From positions 50,577 through 114,576 of the forward strand of contig JBCCYL010000010.1 in NCBI GenBank assembly GCA_039189765.1: 64,000 nt of DNA, in the 5' to 3' direction. This document shows, piece by piece, positions 53,527 to 63,800 of this stretch (position 1 is the first letter of the stretch; every line of letters begins with the position of its first letter). The notes below the pieces were generated by a model. That model did no database searches. It had not been told where the DNA came from and saw only the letters and a program-made list of their open reading frames with translations. This stretch comes from Cyanobacteria bacterium P01_F01_bin.150 (GTDB lineage Bacteria > Cyanobacteriota > Cyanobacteriia > CAKZMO01). The translations under genes were made by a program, and so were the position numbers.

Positions 53527-56500
53527 TTTTTTTTTCTGAGTCAGGTAAGCTGTCTAACTCATCATTTTCCTCAAACCAGCCTTCAGGCAGGGAGGATAAG
53601 CTATCCTCTGGTGCCGAAGATCCAGGAGGTGCTGAAGCAGCCGAATTCTGACCACGCAGTAAATCGGCTAACGTCTTTGCTTCCTCTATTCCAGATAATG
53701 GACCGGATGCTGATGCAGACAATAAATCAGACGATGAATCGTCGGAAGAGGGTGCATTGGAGGAGGGTGCATTGGGATTGGGTGGGTCGTTGGATATCAA
53801 TTCTGCCAGCGTCCAAGATACAGGTGTCAAGTCGTCTCTAATATCGTTCAATTCACTGGATTCTTTCTCTCCTGATTCCAATGTCCCAAATAGACTATCG
53901 CCTTCTACTGTATTGCTTTCATTACTAACAATACTGCCATTACTGAACAAATCTTGAAGTGCTCCGATAGCATTTTCCTCCGGGTTATCCAGATTTGTCG
54001 GAGTCAGCCCCATGCCTCCAGACGCAGCAGCATTGCTGCTTAAACCACTATTATCAATTACTTGCGCATCTGCTACTTGTTCTTCTGTAAAAATGCCAAA
54101 GTCAGCTGATAGGGGTGGGGGTAATGGTGCGCTATCGGCAATGTCGCTACCGAGAGACTCAAGTTCGCCACTATAGGGTTCTAAAGTTTGATCATTTGAT
54201 AAATCATTGGCCAGCTCACTGATTGTCCTCGCATCCAACCGTAAATCCAACCTAGCTAAAAGATCGGCCTCACGTTGAGCGTCTTCATCGATTGGATTTG
54301 CGTTGATGCTGTTGTCTATTTCTAAAGTAGAATCAATATCCGCCAATAAATCAAATGAAGGTGAACGATAAGCGTCTTCGTTGATTATCTCTTCATCCCC
54401 AAGGCCACTGTCGGCATTTTCTTCATTATTGGAGGCAGAATCTGGCAAGGAAACAGGCGGTCTGGACGCGATGCCTGTTGAGTCAATTAGGTCGCTAAGA
54501 CTTTGAATCGTGTTAACAATAGCGGGGTTAGTGGTCGTTGCTTCAAGAGTAGAAAGTTGAGATTGGGCTAAGACATCCTCGATCTCTTCATCATTGCCTA
54601 AATCATCAATACGACTGAAGCTTGCCACGATATCTTCATCCCCATCTAGACTTCCAGGGGCAGAGCTATCAGGGATCGTCGCAGCAGTAAAAGGTGCATA
54701 AAAATCCTGATCGGGCTGATTATCGGTGACTTGCGGACTGTTATTTGGATAATTGTCCACAGAGGATGCAGATGACGAGTCTACCGGAGCATTGATTAAG
54801 AAAGAAATTCCTGCGTCGTCTGAGTTTATGGTTTCGAGGGTTGTTGAGGCAGCTGTTGAGGTGGCTATTGGGCTGGTTGAAGAAATGCGATCGCCACTTT
54901 CCTCAATTGATTCATCTAATGGTTCAGCTAAGAATTCTTCCCCCAATACATCATCATCGAGCAATTCTGAAGAGAGCTGCTGAAGCAGAAAATCAGAGCC
55001 ATCATCCGAATCACGAACCATATCATCGGTTTGGAGATCCGCTTGACTTACATCTGCAATCCCTCCCTCTATGTTGACAGAGACTCCAGACCATGAGTTT
55101 GCAGCTGAAACATCTGACAAAGTCAAATCATCACCAAATATGCCATCATTTGTTTGCTCCGCAAGCATGGAAAAATCAGGATTAGGGGAGTCACTTAATA
55201 AAGGATGATTTGCAATAGCTTGCTCTGGGTCATCAATTCCCAGTAGTTCTGATGAAAAGGTAGATTGACGCTGTTCTTCCTGAGATGGGCTAATAGCGTC
55301 TATAAATCGCTCCACATCCGTATCATCTTTATCTAAGCGAATATTCAAAACTGGATCTAAAGGCGTATCCAACTCTAACCCCGACGATAAATTAATTGGA
55401 TCCTGGCTAAACTGGTCAGCCAGCTCAGATTCCAGTTGTCGAATAGCCTTTATGTCCTCATCATCCCCATCGTCTCCATCACTGGTTGATGAGAAACTGT
55501 CTCTATTGCTGACGGATGCAGAAGCAGCCTCTATCGGTACATCAGCTAACTCAAGATTATCTAGACCAAACCCTAAGTCTAAAGTATCAAGGGCTTCTAC
55601 CGCATCAATTGTATTGTTCTCTAGCTGGTCGATGATTTGGTCGAGCATCTGAGTTGCTGCCGGGTCAGGCTGCTGCTCAGCCTTAACGACCGACCCAATA
55701 TCTCCATAAGGCTGGGCAGAGGTAATTGGCGATTGTGTTGGTGATTGTATAGAAGACGATGCTCCAGAGTTCACATCCTCATTCACATCCTCATTCACAT
55801 CCGCCAATAATGAAGGCTGGAGGCCGACAAATGTATCGACTTCTTCTACTGTGTCTTCCAATAGTTGGTCTAGATAAGCAGGCGCAATTTTATCATCTGG
55901 CCCTGACGAGAATGGTGGCTCTGACGAGAATTGGTTCTCCTCATTTGTTGCCCTTTGTTCAAAGGCTGGTATCACATCTTCAGTTGGCAATTCTAAATTT
56001 GGGGACGTTGCCGGACGCAAATGCAGGGATGCTTCTTGCCCTAATTGTCCAGCTAGGCGATTGACAAAGGCCGTAAACATCGCTTCTCCCTGTTGCCCCA
56101 AGCCATGCATTTTGCGAAGACTATCCTCTAAAGAATCCTGGTAGGTATCTACGCTGGTCTGTAGGGATTCGAACAGAACCTTGAGAGTGGAATCTAACTG
56201 TACGACTTGTTCACTGTCAGAGGAGGCTAGAGGTATGGCTGACGTCCCACTTAAGCTCATCATGGTCTGAGCAACTTGCTGGGTTAGCTGCTCTTGTAAG
56301 CGCCCCATTAAAGCGTGAAGAAAACCGTTGATCATTTGCTGTTGATCGGTCTGCTGGGCCAGGATAAACTGCTGACGTTGTTGCTGAAGCTGCTGAACCT
56401 CTGTCGCTAAATAACTCCGTTCTTGTTGCAGCCGAGTGATTTCTTCCCGTAAGGGCTGCATCGTGTTCATCCGCAAATAGGCCATCTCTTGAACAATGGA

Positions 56501-56764
56501 CTGGAGCACTTGCTGGGCAGACTCAGCCAAGGCAGGGGCCGGTGCTTGCCAGTCATTGCCCAAAGGAAATTGAGAGACGTCTGTGACTGCTTGAGAAGGC
56601 GATTGATCAGTAGTCTGAGATTTCTGGAGTTGAGCCAATTGCTGACGGGCTTGCTCCAGTATCTGATATTCACCCGTTTTTCCCGAATCCGATGGAGAAG
56701 CATCAGAAAGTATTGAGCTAATTTGCTCAACGAGTGATTGGATACGATCGCTTTGAGAAGTCAC
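53516..56764 (-). CDS. Coiled-coil protein with a very long Asp/Glu/Ser-rich disordered region
   Basis: Q-rich heptads in the N-terminal ~250 aa; acidic low-complexity remainder; GTG 56764 preceded by AGGGG; ends EKKNNY just after A10. Confidence 0.85.
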   Translation of the reverse strand: MTSQSDRIQSLVEQISSILSDASPSDSGKTGEYQILEQARQQLAQLQKSQTTDQSPSQAVTDVSQFPLGNDWQAPAPALAESAQQVLQSIVQEMAYLRMNTMQPLREEITRLQQERSYLATEVQQLQQQRQQFILAQQTDQQQMINGFLHALMGRLQEQLTQQVAQTMMSLSGTSAIPLASSDSEQVVQLDSTLKVLFESLQTSVDTYQDSLEDSLRKMHGLGQQGEAMFTAFVNRLAGQLGQEASLHLRPATSPNLELPTEDVIPAFEQRATNEENQFSSEPPFSSGPDDKIAPAYLDQLLEDTVEEVDTFVGLQPSLLADVNEDVNEDVNSGASSSIQSPTQSPITSAQPYGDIGSVVKAEQQPDPAATQMLDQIIDQLENNTIDAVEALDTLDLGFGLDNLELADVPIEAASASVSNRDSFSSTSDGDDGDDEDIKAIRQLESELADQFSQDPINLSSGLELDTPLDPVLNIRLDKDDTDVERFIDAISPSQEEQRQSTFSSELLGIDDPEQAIANHPLLSDSPNPDFSMLAEQTNDGIFGDDLTLSDVSAANSWSGVSVNIEGGIADVSQADLQTDDMVRDSDDGSDFLLQQLSSELLDDDVLGEEFLAEPLDESIEESGDRISSTSPIATSTAASTTLETINSDDAGISFLINAPVDSSSASSVDNYPNNSPQVTDNQPDQDFYAPFTAATIPDSSAPGSLDGDEDIVASFSRIDDLGNDEEIEDVLAQSQLSTLEATTTNPAIVNTIQSLSDLIDSTGIASRPPVSLPDSASNNEENADSGLGDEEIINEDAYRSPSFDLLADIDSTLEIDNSINANPIDEDAQREADLLARLDLRLDARTISELANDLSNDQTLEPYSGELESLGSDIADSAPLPPPLSADFGIFTEEQVADAQVIDNSGLSSNAAASGGMGLTPTNLDNPEENAIGALQDLFSNGSIVSNESNTVEGDSLFGTLESGEKESSELNDIRDDLTPVSWTLAELISNDPPNPNAPSSNAPSSDDSSSDLLSASASGPLSGIEEAKTLADLLRGQNSAASAPPGSSAPEDSLSSLPEGWFEENDELDSLPDSEKKNNY
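55772..55803. repeat. In-frame 12-bp tandem repeat (DVNE)
   Basis: About 2.7 copies of TCACATCCTCAT. Confidence 0.8.
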
Positions 56765-56932
56765 AATAGACCCCCTGAATAGGAACAATTCTGAGCGCAG
56801 TTAAAACGTCACTAAGATAGCTTAATTTAACCTCAGACGTGTCTAATCCTATCCATTCCCTTGACGAATTACGCAATTTCTTAAGAATCAGAGATAATTG
56901 GGCAGCGCTTTTATTGTGTTTCAAGGAAATTT

Positions 56933-57012
56933 GGGTATCAACTTTTAGGCGGGAGGAGTGGGCATGTCGTGCCCACTCCTCCGTTAATTTTTTTCGTCTT
57001 AAAGCGAAACCC
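56933..57012 (-). repeat. Full 80-bp element; supplies the stop codon of the GGDEF-EAL gene
   Basis: GGGTATCAACTTTTAGGCG...GGAGGAGTGGGCA/TGCCCACTCCTCC...CTTAAAGCGAAACCC. Confidence 0.9.
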
Positions 57013-59452
57013 CAGTTGATTCTAAAAGCTGTAGATACTCTCCTGACCAGCTTTTTTTCAGTAACTCCGTGGCAGGCCCTTGGGATAAAGGTTTGGCAAA
57101 GAAATACCCTTGACCATAATCACATTTGAGTAGTCTCAACTGAGCAAGATGCTTTTTCGTTTCAATACCCTCTGCTACCACATCCATGCCTAAATTCCAG
57201 GCCAAGGAGAGAATTGTGCGGACTAGCTCAATTTTTTCCACGTCTGTGTCCAAGCTGCGGATAAAGGACCGATCAATTTTTAAGGTGTCTACAGAAAATC
57301 GATGTAAATATCCTAAAGATGAATACCCTGTGCCAAAGTCATCAATGGCAAATTTTACGCCCAGTTCCTTCAATTCATCAATCATGACAGTGGCGGAATT
57401 TGCATGCCCCATTAGGATACTCTCAGTAATCTCAAGCTTTAGATATTGGGGTGGTAGTTGATTTTCATGTAACGTTTGGCGAATTTTGTCGGCAAGATTG
57501 GGTTGAGAAAACTGTTTCGCAGATAAATTAACGCTAATGATAAGAGGCGTTTTTGCTGGGAATTGTTTATGCCATTGGTGGGTTTGCTGGCAGGCTTCTT
57601 CCAATACCCATTGTCCTAGCGCTTTGATAAAGCCTGTTTCCTCTGCAATGGGTATAAATTCGCCAGGAGAAACCAACCCTTTTTCAGGATGTCGCCACCG
57701 CACTAATGCTTCAAATCCAAACAGTAATCGATTGCGTAGGGAGAGAATAGGCTGATAATGGAGTTCAAATTCATCTCTTTCCAGTGCTTTGCGTAAGTCA
57801 GATTCCATTTCTAATCGACTGACTGCTTTTGCATACATATCTGGTGTAAACACTCGATAGCATGACTTTCCGGCTTCTTTAGCGCGATACATTGCCGTAT
57901 CGGCATTGCGAAGCAGAACCTCTCCACTTGCAATATCTGATTGCATTAATGCAATCCCAATGCTGACCCCTGTAAACACTTCGTGCCCATGTAGGTTGAA
58001 TGGACGGGTTAAATCCTGACGCATGCGCTCAGCTATGACCAGTACGGCATCCGGTGATTTCATCTGGTCCAGTAAGATCGCAAACTCATCCCCTCCCAGG
58101 CGAGCAATAAGGTCCGTATCTCGAATGCATCTGGAAAGTCGGGCTGCCACCTCCACCAGCAGTGAGTCTCCCATAGAGTGGCCAAGACTATCATTAACAA
58201 ACTTAAAACCATCTAGATCAATAAAAAAGACGCCACAGGTTTTTTCTGTTGTTCTCTGAGTACGATATTTTTTAACCGTCCCTTCCAGCTTGCGCATAAA
58301 TAAAGAACGATTTGGGAGTCCTGTCAATGAATCGTGGAAGGCATTATAAATAAGACGCTGTTCAATTTCCTGTTTTTCGGTAACATCTTGGGCCATGGAA
58401 GTAATACCTATTACCTCTCCTGCATCATTGAGGATTGGCGTATGGTACCACTCACATAAAATTCTTTCGCCAGCTTGGGTAATATTTTCGTTAGCGTTAT
58501 GGGATGTCTCTTTCGTGACCAAAAGACGATGCCATAGTTCATTCATCAACGCTACATTCACGCTAGGAACAATCAGTTCGGTCACATGATGTTCTAGTGC
58601 GTCGGTTCTTGAATACCCAAAGATGGACGTCGCAGCTCGATTCCATGAGCAGACTTTAAAGTTTGCATCCCACTCAATCATTGCTATGGGCGTATGCTCA
58701 AAGAAATAGTGGTGACGTTGTTGAGTAATATTCTGTAGAATTTGTTGATTCTGATGCTTTGTTATGTCCTGGATCGTACATACGATATGAGTAATGGAAC
58801 CTTCCAAGGACAATTGAGGCTGGGCGCTTATCCAAACCCAACATATGCTTTCATGGGCTGAAATCCAGTTTTTTTCTTTAATTAGATCAGTACTACCTAT
58901 TCCTAATGTAATGTTTTTGGCTGGTTGACCTGTTTGAATTGCCTGATATACAGGATGATCTTCTGCGGGACAACACTCCCCATTAGGATAAAACCACTGT
59001 ACATTTTCACTAAAAGATGAATGACCTTGTAGTTGATGGGTTGTTAGTTTTAGTAAGTGAATGGCTTCAGGGTTCGCTAGTAAAATCCGGTTATCAGGGT
59101 TCAACAATACAGCACCATATGGCAAGCCTAATAATAAAATCTTTAAATTTTCTAGACTTATTTTAGAAGATGATAAATCAGTTTCTCTGCTCTCATTTTC
59201 TTGTTTCTTATAGTGGAATTTGTTGGATTGATTAATTAATGAGAATAAAGTTCTAGTGTGAGGAACCTGTGGGCGATAATTCTTTACTTTTTTCCACCAG
59301 TATGCGCTTATCCCCAAGCTGGCGATCAGACTTAACCATAGACCTGTAGATTGTTCTCCTTTTGTCAGGGAAAGCAAGGAACTATGATTTATTCCTTCAA
59401 GAGGAGAGTTAATAATTGATAGAATGGGATGAAAGATAAAGGGGCTAATCAT
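56999..59452 (-). CDS. TM-PAS-PAS-GGDEF-EAL c-di-GMP enzyme
   Basis: HDSLTGLPNR, RDTD I-site, GGDEF, FEALVRW, DDFGTGYSS, GQGY. Confidence 0.95.
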   Translation of the reverse strand: MISPFIFHPILSIINSPLEGINHSSLLSLTKGEQSTGLWLSLIASLGISAYWWKKVKNYRPQVPHTRTLFSLINQSNKFHYKKQENESRETDLSSSKISLENLKILLLGLPYGAVLLNPDNRILLANPEAIHLLKLTTHQLQGHSSFSENVQWFYPNGECCPAEDHPVYQAIQTGQPAKNITLGIGSTDLIKEKNWISAHESICWVWISAQPQLSLEGSITHIVCTIQDITKHQNQQILQNITQQRHHYFFEHTPIAMIEWDANFKVCSWNRAATSIFGYSRTDALEHHVTELIVPSVNVALMNELWHRLLVTKETSHNANENITQAGERILCEWYHTPILNDAGEVIGITSMAQDVTEKQEIEQRLIYNAFHDSLTGLPNRSLFMRKLEGTVKKYRTQRTTEKTCGVFFIDLDGFKFVNDSLGHSMGDSLLVEVAARLSRCIRDTDLIARLGGDEFAILLDQMKSPDAVLVIAERMRQDLTRPFNLHGHEVFTGVSIGIALMQSDIASGEVLLRNADTAMYRAKEAGKSCYRVFTPDMYAKAVSRLEMESDLRKALERDEFELHYQPILSLRNRLLFGFEALVRWRHPEKGLVSPGEFIPIAEETGFIKALGQWVLEEACQQTHQWHKQFPAKTPLIISVNLSAKQFSQPNLADKIRQTLHENQLPPQYLKLEITESILMGHANSATVMIDELKELGVKFAIDDFGTGYSSLGYLHRFSVDTLKIDRSFIRSLDTDVEKIELVRTILSLAWNLGMDVVAEGIETKKHLAQLRLLKCDYGQGYFFAKPLSQGPATELLKKSWSGEYLQLLESTGVSL

Positions 59453-59480
59453 AGGTCATTAGATTAAGGTATTTAGATTT

Positions 59481-59560
59481 GGGTTTTGTTTTAAGGCAAA
59501 ACAGACTTGACAGTAGTGTGGCCGCGTCGTACCCACACCACCTGATTAAAGTTAATACCC
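59481..59560 (+). repeat. Full 80-bp element
   Basis: GGGTTTTGTTTTAAGGCAAAAC...GTAGTGTGGCCGCGTCGTACCCACACCACC...TAAAGTTAATACCC. Confidence 0.9.
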
Positions 59561-59768
59561 TTAGATTGGTCAGATCATAAGGTCTATATTATCGAAGCAT
59601 ATTTAATTTGCGATAAGCATGAGTAAGACACCTGAAAGACAATTAAAAAAATCAGACTAAGACTTTTTTTTAAGCATTTTTACTGATGTTTAAGATAATT
59701 TAACAGTGATTTCAGATGTAATCACGGGTACAGCGATATAAACAAAGCTCGTTGAGCACCTTCTAAGA

Positions 59769-60491
59769 CTAATGAACAGATTTAGCTTCTGCGCTAAAGG
59801 TCGTTAACTGATCTGATTCAAGACGGCCATCCACCAAATTAATGATGCGATCGGCCACATCCAAAATGCGATTATCGTGGGTCACCATTAACACTGTGCA
59901 TCCGTTGTTATGGGTTAGAGCCTGGAGCAGATCCATGACTTCACGGCCCGTCTGTCGATCCAATGCGGCCGTTGGCTCATCGGCTAGAATCAGGGCTGGC
60001 TGGTTGACTAGCGCACGGGCGATCGCCACCCTTTGCTTTTGTCCTCCAGAGAGAGCCTGGGGCTTGTAATCAACACGCTCCTCTAACCCGAGCCTAGTGA
60101 GTATTTCAACGGATTGCTGTCGCTTCTGTTGCCAGTTATCCAACAGCTCTACCGCCATTTCTACATTTTGAGAAGCCGTAAGGGACTCGAATAAATTGTG
60201 CATCTGAAAAATAAAGCCAATGTTACGACGAATGGGGACTAGACGCGATTTATTTAAGCCAACCAATTCCTGGCCAAGCACATTCAGGCTGCCTTCTTGG
60301 AGCGATCGCAAGCCGCCAATTAAACTTAACAAAGTGGTTTTTCCTGATCCTGATGGCCCCGTCATAATGACAATCTGTCCCTTGGGTAAGTCTAGATCAA
60401 TATCGTAAAGAACCTGCTTGCGAAGATCTCCTCGTCCGAAATAGTAGTTCAACCCTTGAATTTTGACCGCCAGTGAATTTGGGTGGGACAT
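59769..60491 (-). CDS. devA: DevA family ABC exporter ATPase
   Basis: YFGRGDLRKQVL, MTGPSGSGKTTLL, LSGGQKQR, ADEPTAALD, VTHDNRILDVADRI; start moved to ATG 60491. Confidence 0.88.
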   Translation of the reverse strand: MSHPNSLAVKIQGLNYYFGRGDLRKQVLYDIDLDLPKGQIVIMTGPSGSGKTTLLSLIGGLRSLQEGSLNVLGQELVGLNKSRLVPIRRNIGFIFQMHNLFESLTASQNVEMAVELLDNWQQKRQQSVEILTRLGLEERVDYKPQALSGGQKQRVAIARALVNQPALILADEPTAALDRQTGREVMDLLQALTHNNGCTVLMVTHDNRILDVADRIINLVDGRLESDQLTTFSAEAKSVH

Positions 60492-60635
60492 TAAATAAAA
60501 CTCCTGAAATACCCACTTTCTTAGTCTAATTTGCATTATAGCTATGGTTACATTAATCAGGGCGTTTGTGTGGGGATGCTTCGTGCCCCCCCACAAACAT
60601 CTCCGTCCCCATAAAAGTGTCTACGCCTATAAAAC

Positions 60636-60718
60636 GGACTTAAGTTTTAAGCCGGAAAGGATTTAACGGGAAATTGGGGCGCTCCGCGCCCCAATTTCCC
60701 GTCTTAAAATACAAGCCC
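60636..60718. repeat. 83-bp element with imperfect TIRs and a long central hairpin (relative of the 80-bp family)
   Basis: GGACTTAAGTTTTAAGCCGG ... ACGGGAAATTGGGGCG-CTCCG-CGCCCCAATTTCCCGT ... CTTAAAATACAAGCCC. Confidence 0.75.
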
Positions 60719-60851
60719 CAAAAAGCTCCAGCTCTGAAGAGAGCTGGAGAATAATCCGTGTGCGTATGTTCAAAAATGTCCTGCCTTCAAATTAGCGAAA
60801 AGACCTAAGGAATTTGTAAAAGAAAAGAGATTTTTCGCATGGAGCTTAACC

Positions 60852-63800
60852 TTAAAGCTTTGGCATAATTTCTGGTAACATATGCCCTGGGATTTTTGAC
60901 AATGCCAAGTTCTGGGCGGTGAGTCCTTTTTGGTTATAGATAGCTTGCAGGGTTTGAATCACGCACCCCAGAGCAGTTTGACGCAGCTCCGGTCGTCCTT
61001 GCCATCCCTGTAGAGCGACTAAATGATGGTCAATAGCTTGATCTAAATACCCATTGCTGTCTGCCTCAATGGCCTGGATATCTGACTCGGTGGAAATCTG
61101 ATACTGAACCAGACCCAAGTTATTGTGAGTCGCAAGGACGTCAAAATTCAGGGGGGCTGGATGTTGTTGATACTCTAATGTCTCAACTGCTGACAGCGCT
61201 GAATTGTAAGCCTTGATGGCATTTTGTAATGCCAGTAATTTAGCCTCTGCTTCCTCTTCTACATAGGTTGCCACATGCCAGTAAGCTGTGCCCAAGTTAT
61301 TTTGAGTAGCGGCAAATGCAGCGGGATTGGTCTCTAGGGTACGGAACTTTAACGCGGTTTCATAGGCCATGATGGCTAATCGAAGCCAATCCCCTGACTG
61401 TTCATGCTGCGCCAAGTTCCAGTACGTCGTCCCCAAATTATTTTGGATCATTGCATAATTCAGGGGATCGGTGTCAGGACGATAGAGGCGCAGGGCTTCA
61501 GAGTATGACGCAATCGCCCGCTTTAAATTGTCGGTTGGCTCTACATGCTGGGCCAGATTCCAGTACGTTGTCCCCAGATTATTTTGCGTGGATGCATAGC
61601 GCAACGGTTCCCGATCGATACTGCGATAAAGTAGCGCTTCTTGATAAGCGTTGATGGAATTTTGTAGATTGGTGACCGGATCTTGATAGCGTGCTAAGTC
61701 ACCGTAGGCTGCTCCTAAGTTATTTTGCACCATAGGATAGGTCTGAGGATCGGCCTTTGGATCAATTTTGGTAAGGGCCATGCGGTAGGATTGGATGCCC
61801 TGTAGGAGATGGGGCAGGCCTTGATCAGGACTTGGTGCTCCACGGGATAATAACCAACATAGATTCCCCATGTCGTTAAGGACTTCAGGCCACATGGCAT
61901 GGCTATCGTCAATTCCATGCAGAACTTGCTTGTAGGCTTGCATGGCGCGAATTAGATTTTGAGGGGATACGTCTCCTTGTTCAATGCGATCGCGGTAGAG
62001 ATTGCCTAAATTACGATAGGCTTCAGCGAGGATCATTTTCTCAGATCGTTGATGCTGAAGATCGGCAATACGCTGTAACAGTGGGCGAACGACGGGATCA
62101 GATGGATCAAAGATTTCGACGTCGAGGTCAGAAGGTTCGGCCGCAGATGAGGATGTCAGAGGTGAATTTGAACGGTTGTCTTCATGTTCAGAGGCAAAGA
62201 GGTTAGGGGCAAAAAACTCTTCATTTGCATCAGCAATTTCAAGTTCTTCTGCAAAAATAGGCTGTTCAAATATTTCAGCCTCCTGAGTGATCTCTTGGTC
62301 TAGGCCCTCACCTGTTGCGCCTGTCTCCTCTTGGAAATGGGCTCCACCCACTGCAGCGTCCATCACGGTGTAGATACCATCTTGATTACCACCAAAGATA
62401 TCCGATACTTCTAGCGAAGTATTGTTGTTATTAAGGTTGTCATCAAAGTTGTTATCAAGTTCCTCTTGCTCAAGCTCAGATTCTTTATCAACCCCAGGGT
62501 TATTGGTGGCCGGGTCATGATTGTTTACGCCATGATCTCTTAAAGGAGGGGCATCTTCAAAGGATGACGCTTCAACCTGTTGCGATCGCGCTGACCAAGG
62601 ATCTGCATAGCTAAAGTCCTCATCATTACTCACTGCAAAATGATCTGTATCGCCCATTGAGGCATCGATTGGAGCACCGAATAGGGTCACATTGTCGCTA
62701 AATGGGTTATCAAAGTCTGTTGTGTCATCAGTCTCTAATCCTTGAATCAAGGCTTCCACGTCCAGCAGAGCGGGATTATCGTCATCCAGTAACAGATCAT
62801 TTGATTCTGAGGTATTGTCTTGGTCATCTAACTCATCGAATGTATGGTCAGCGGTCATTGATAGAGTGTCGATTGATAGAGTGTCGGTTTCAATTTCATC
62901 GGAATCCAGCTCATCGAGCAATGCATCTGCTTCTACCTTATCCGGTTCCACCTCAGTAGACTCTAGGTTGGCTGTTGCCAAATCATTAGATTGTAAATGG
63001 CTACCTTCTATCTCCTCAGCGGCTGGGACACTGGATACTAAGTCATATGCCTCTGTTTGTTCACCCATTGGGGCGTCAGACGCAAGTTCATCTAATAAAC
63101 CTGTGGGGAAAATATTGTCAGAGGAATCGCTTAAACGATTGTCATCATTATCTAGGTGTGCGTTGAGTTCAGATTCAACATCATCATTTAATAGGTCATC
63201 GGTGATGGCATCAAGACTATCGAGGACATCAAATCCAGTTAGTCCTAAGACATTACTATCTTCTGATACTTCGTTGGTACTAAAGACATTACTATCTTCT
63301 GATATTTCGTTGGTACTAAAGACGTTATTCTCTTGCCCATCACCTTCTAAATGGCCTGCATCACTATCTACAGTGTCGTTTTGATTAAGCGTCTCAGCAG
63401 AAGTGCCGTTTAGAGAACTATGCAGTAATTTGGATAAGTCCTGAATAGTGCTTTTCAACGGGTTCTCGTCTGGAGATGGTGTGTAGGCTGGAATAGGGGA
63501 TGGGCGATCGCCCTCCTGTTTACCTGCGTCTGCTCCAGAAAAAGTTGATTCCGATACAGATTCTAGCTCGGATTCTGCTGGCTTAGCTTCTGTTTGTTCT
63601 TCTGGTGCTGAAACTATTGCTTGATCTTCTGCATCTGAAGTCACGGATTGCTCTTCTACTTCTGAAGCCAGAATAGGAGCTGATGTTACAGCGTCATACT
63701 GTTCTAGTAGAGATCCATCATCAATTGTATCGAGTAACGATGTGTCAACGAGGATATCCAGTTCTGATTCTCGCGGCATATCGTCTAGTTGGAAGTCATC

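Noticed and set aside
53258..53539. 93-aa plus-strand ORF
   Set aside because: Antisense shadow of the open minus-strand frame linking the A10 tract to the Hsp70-like domain
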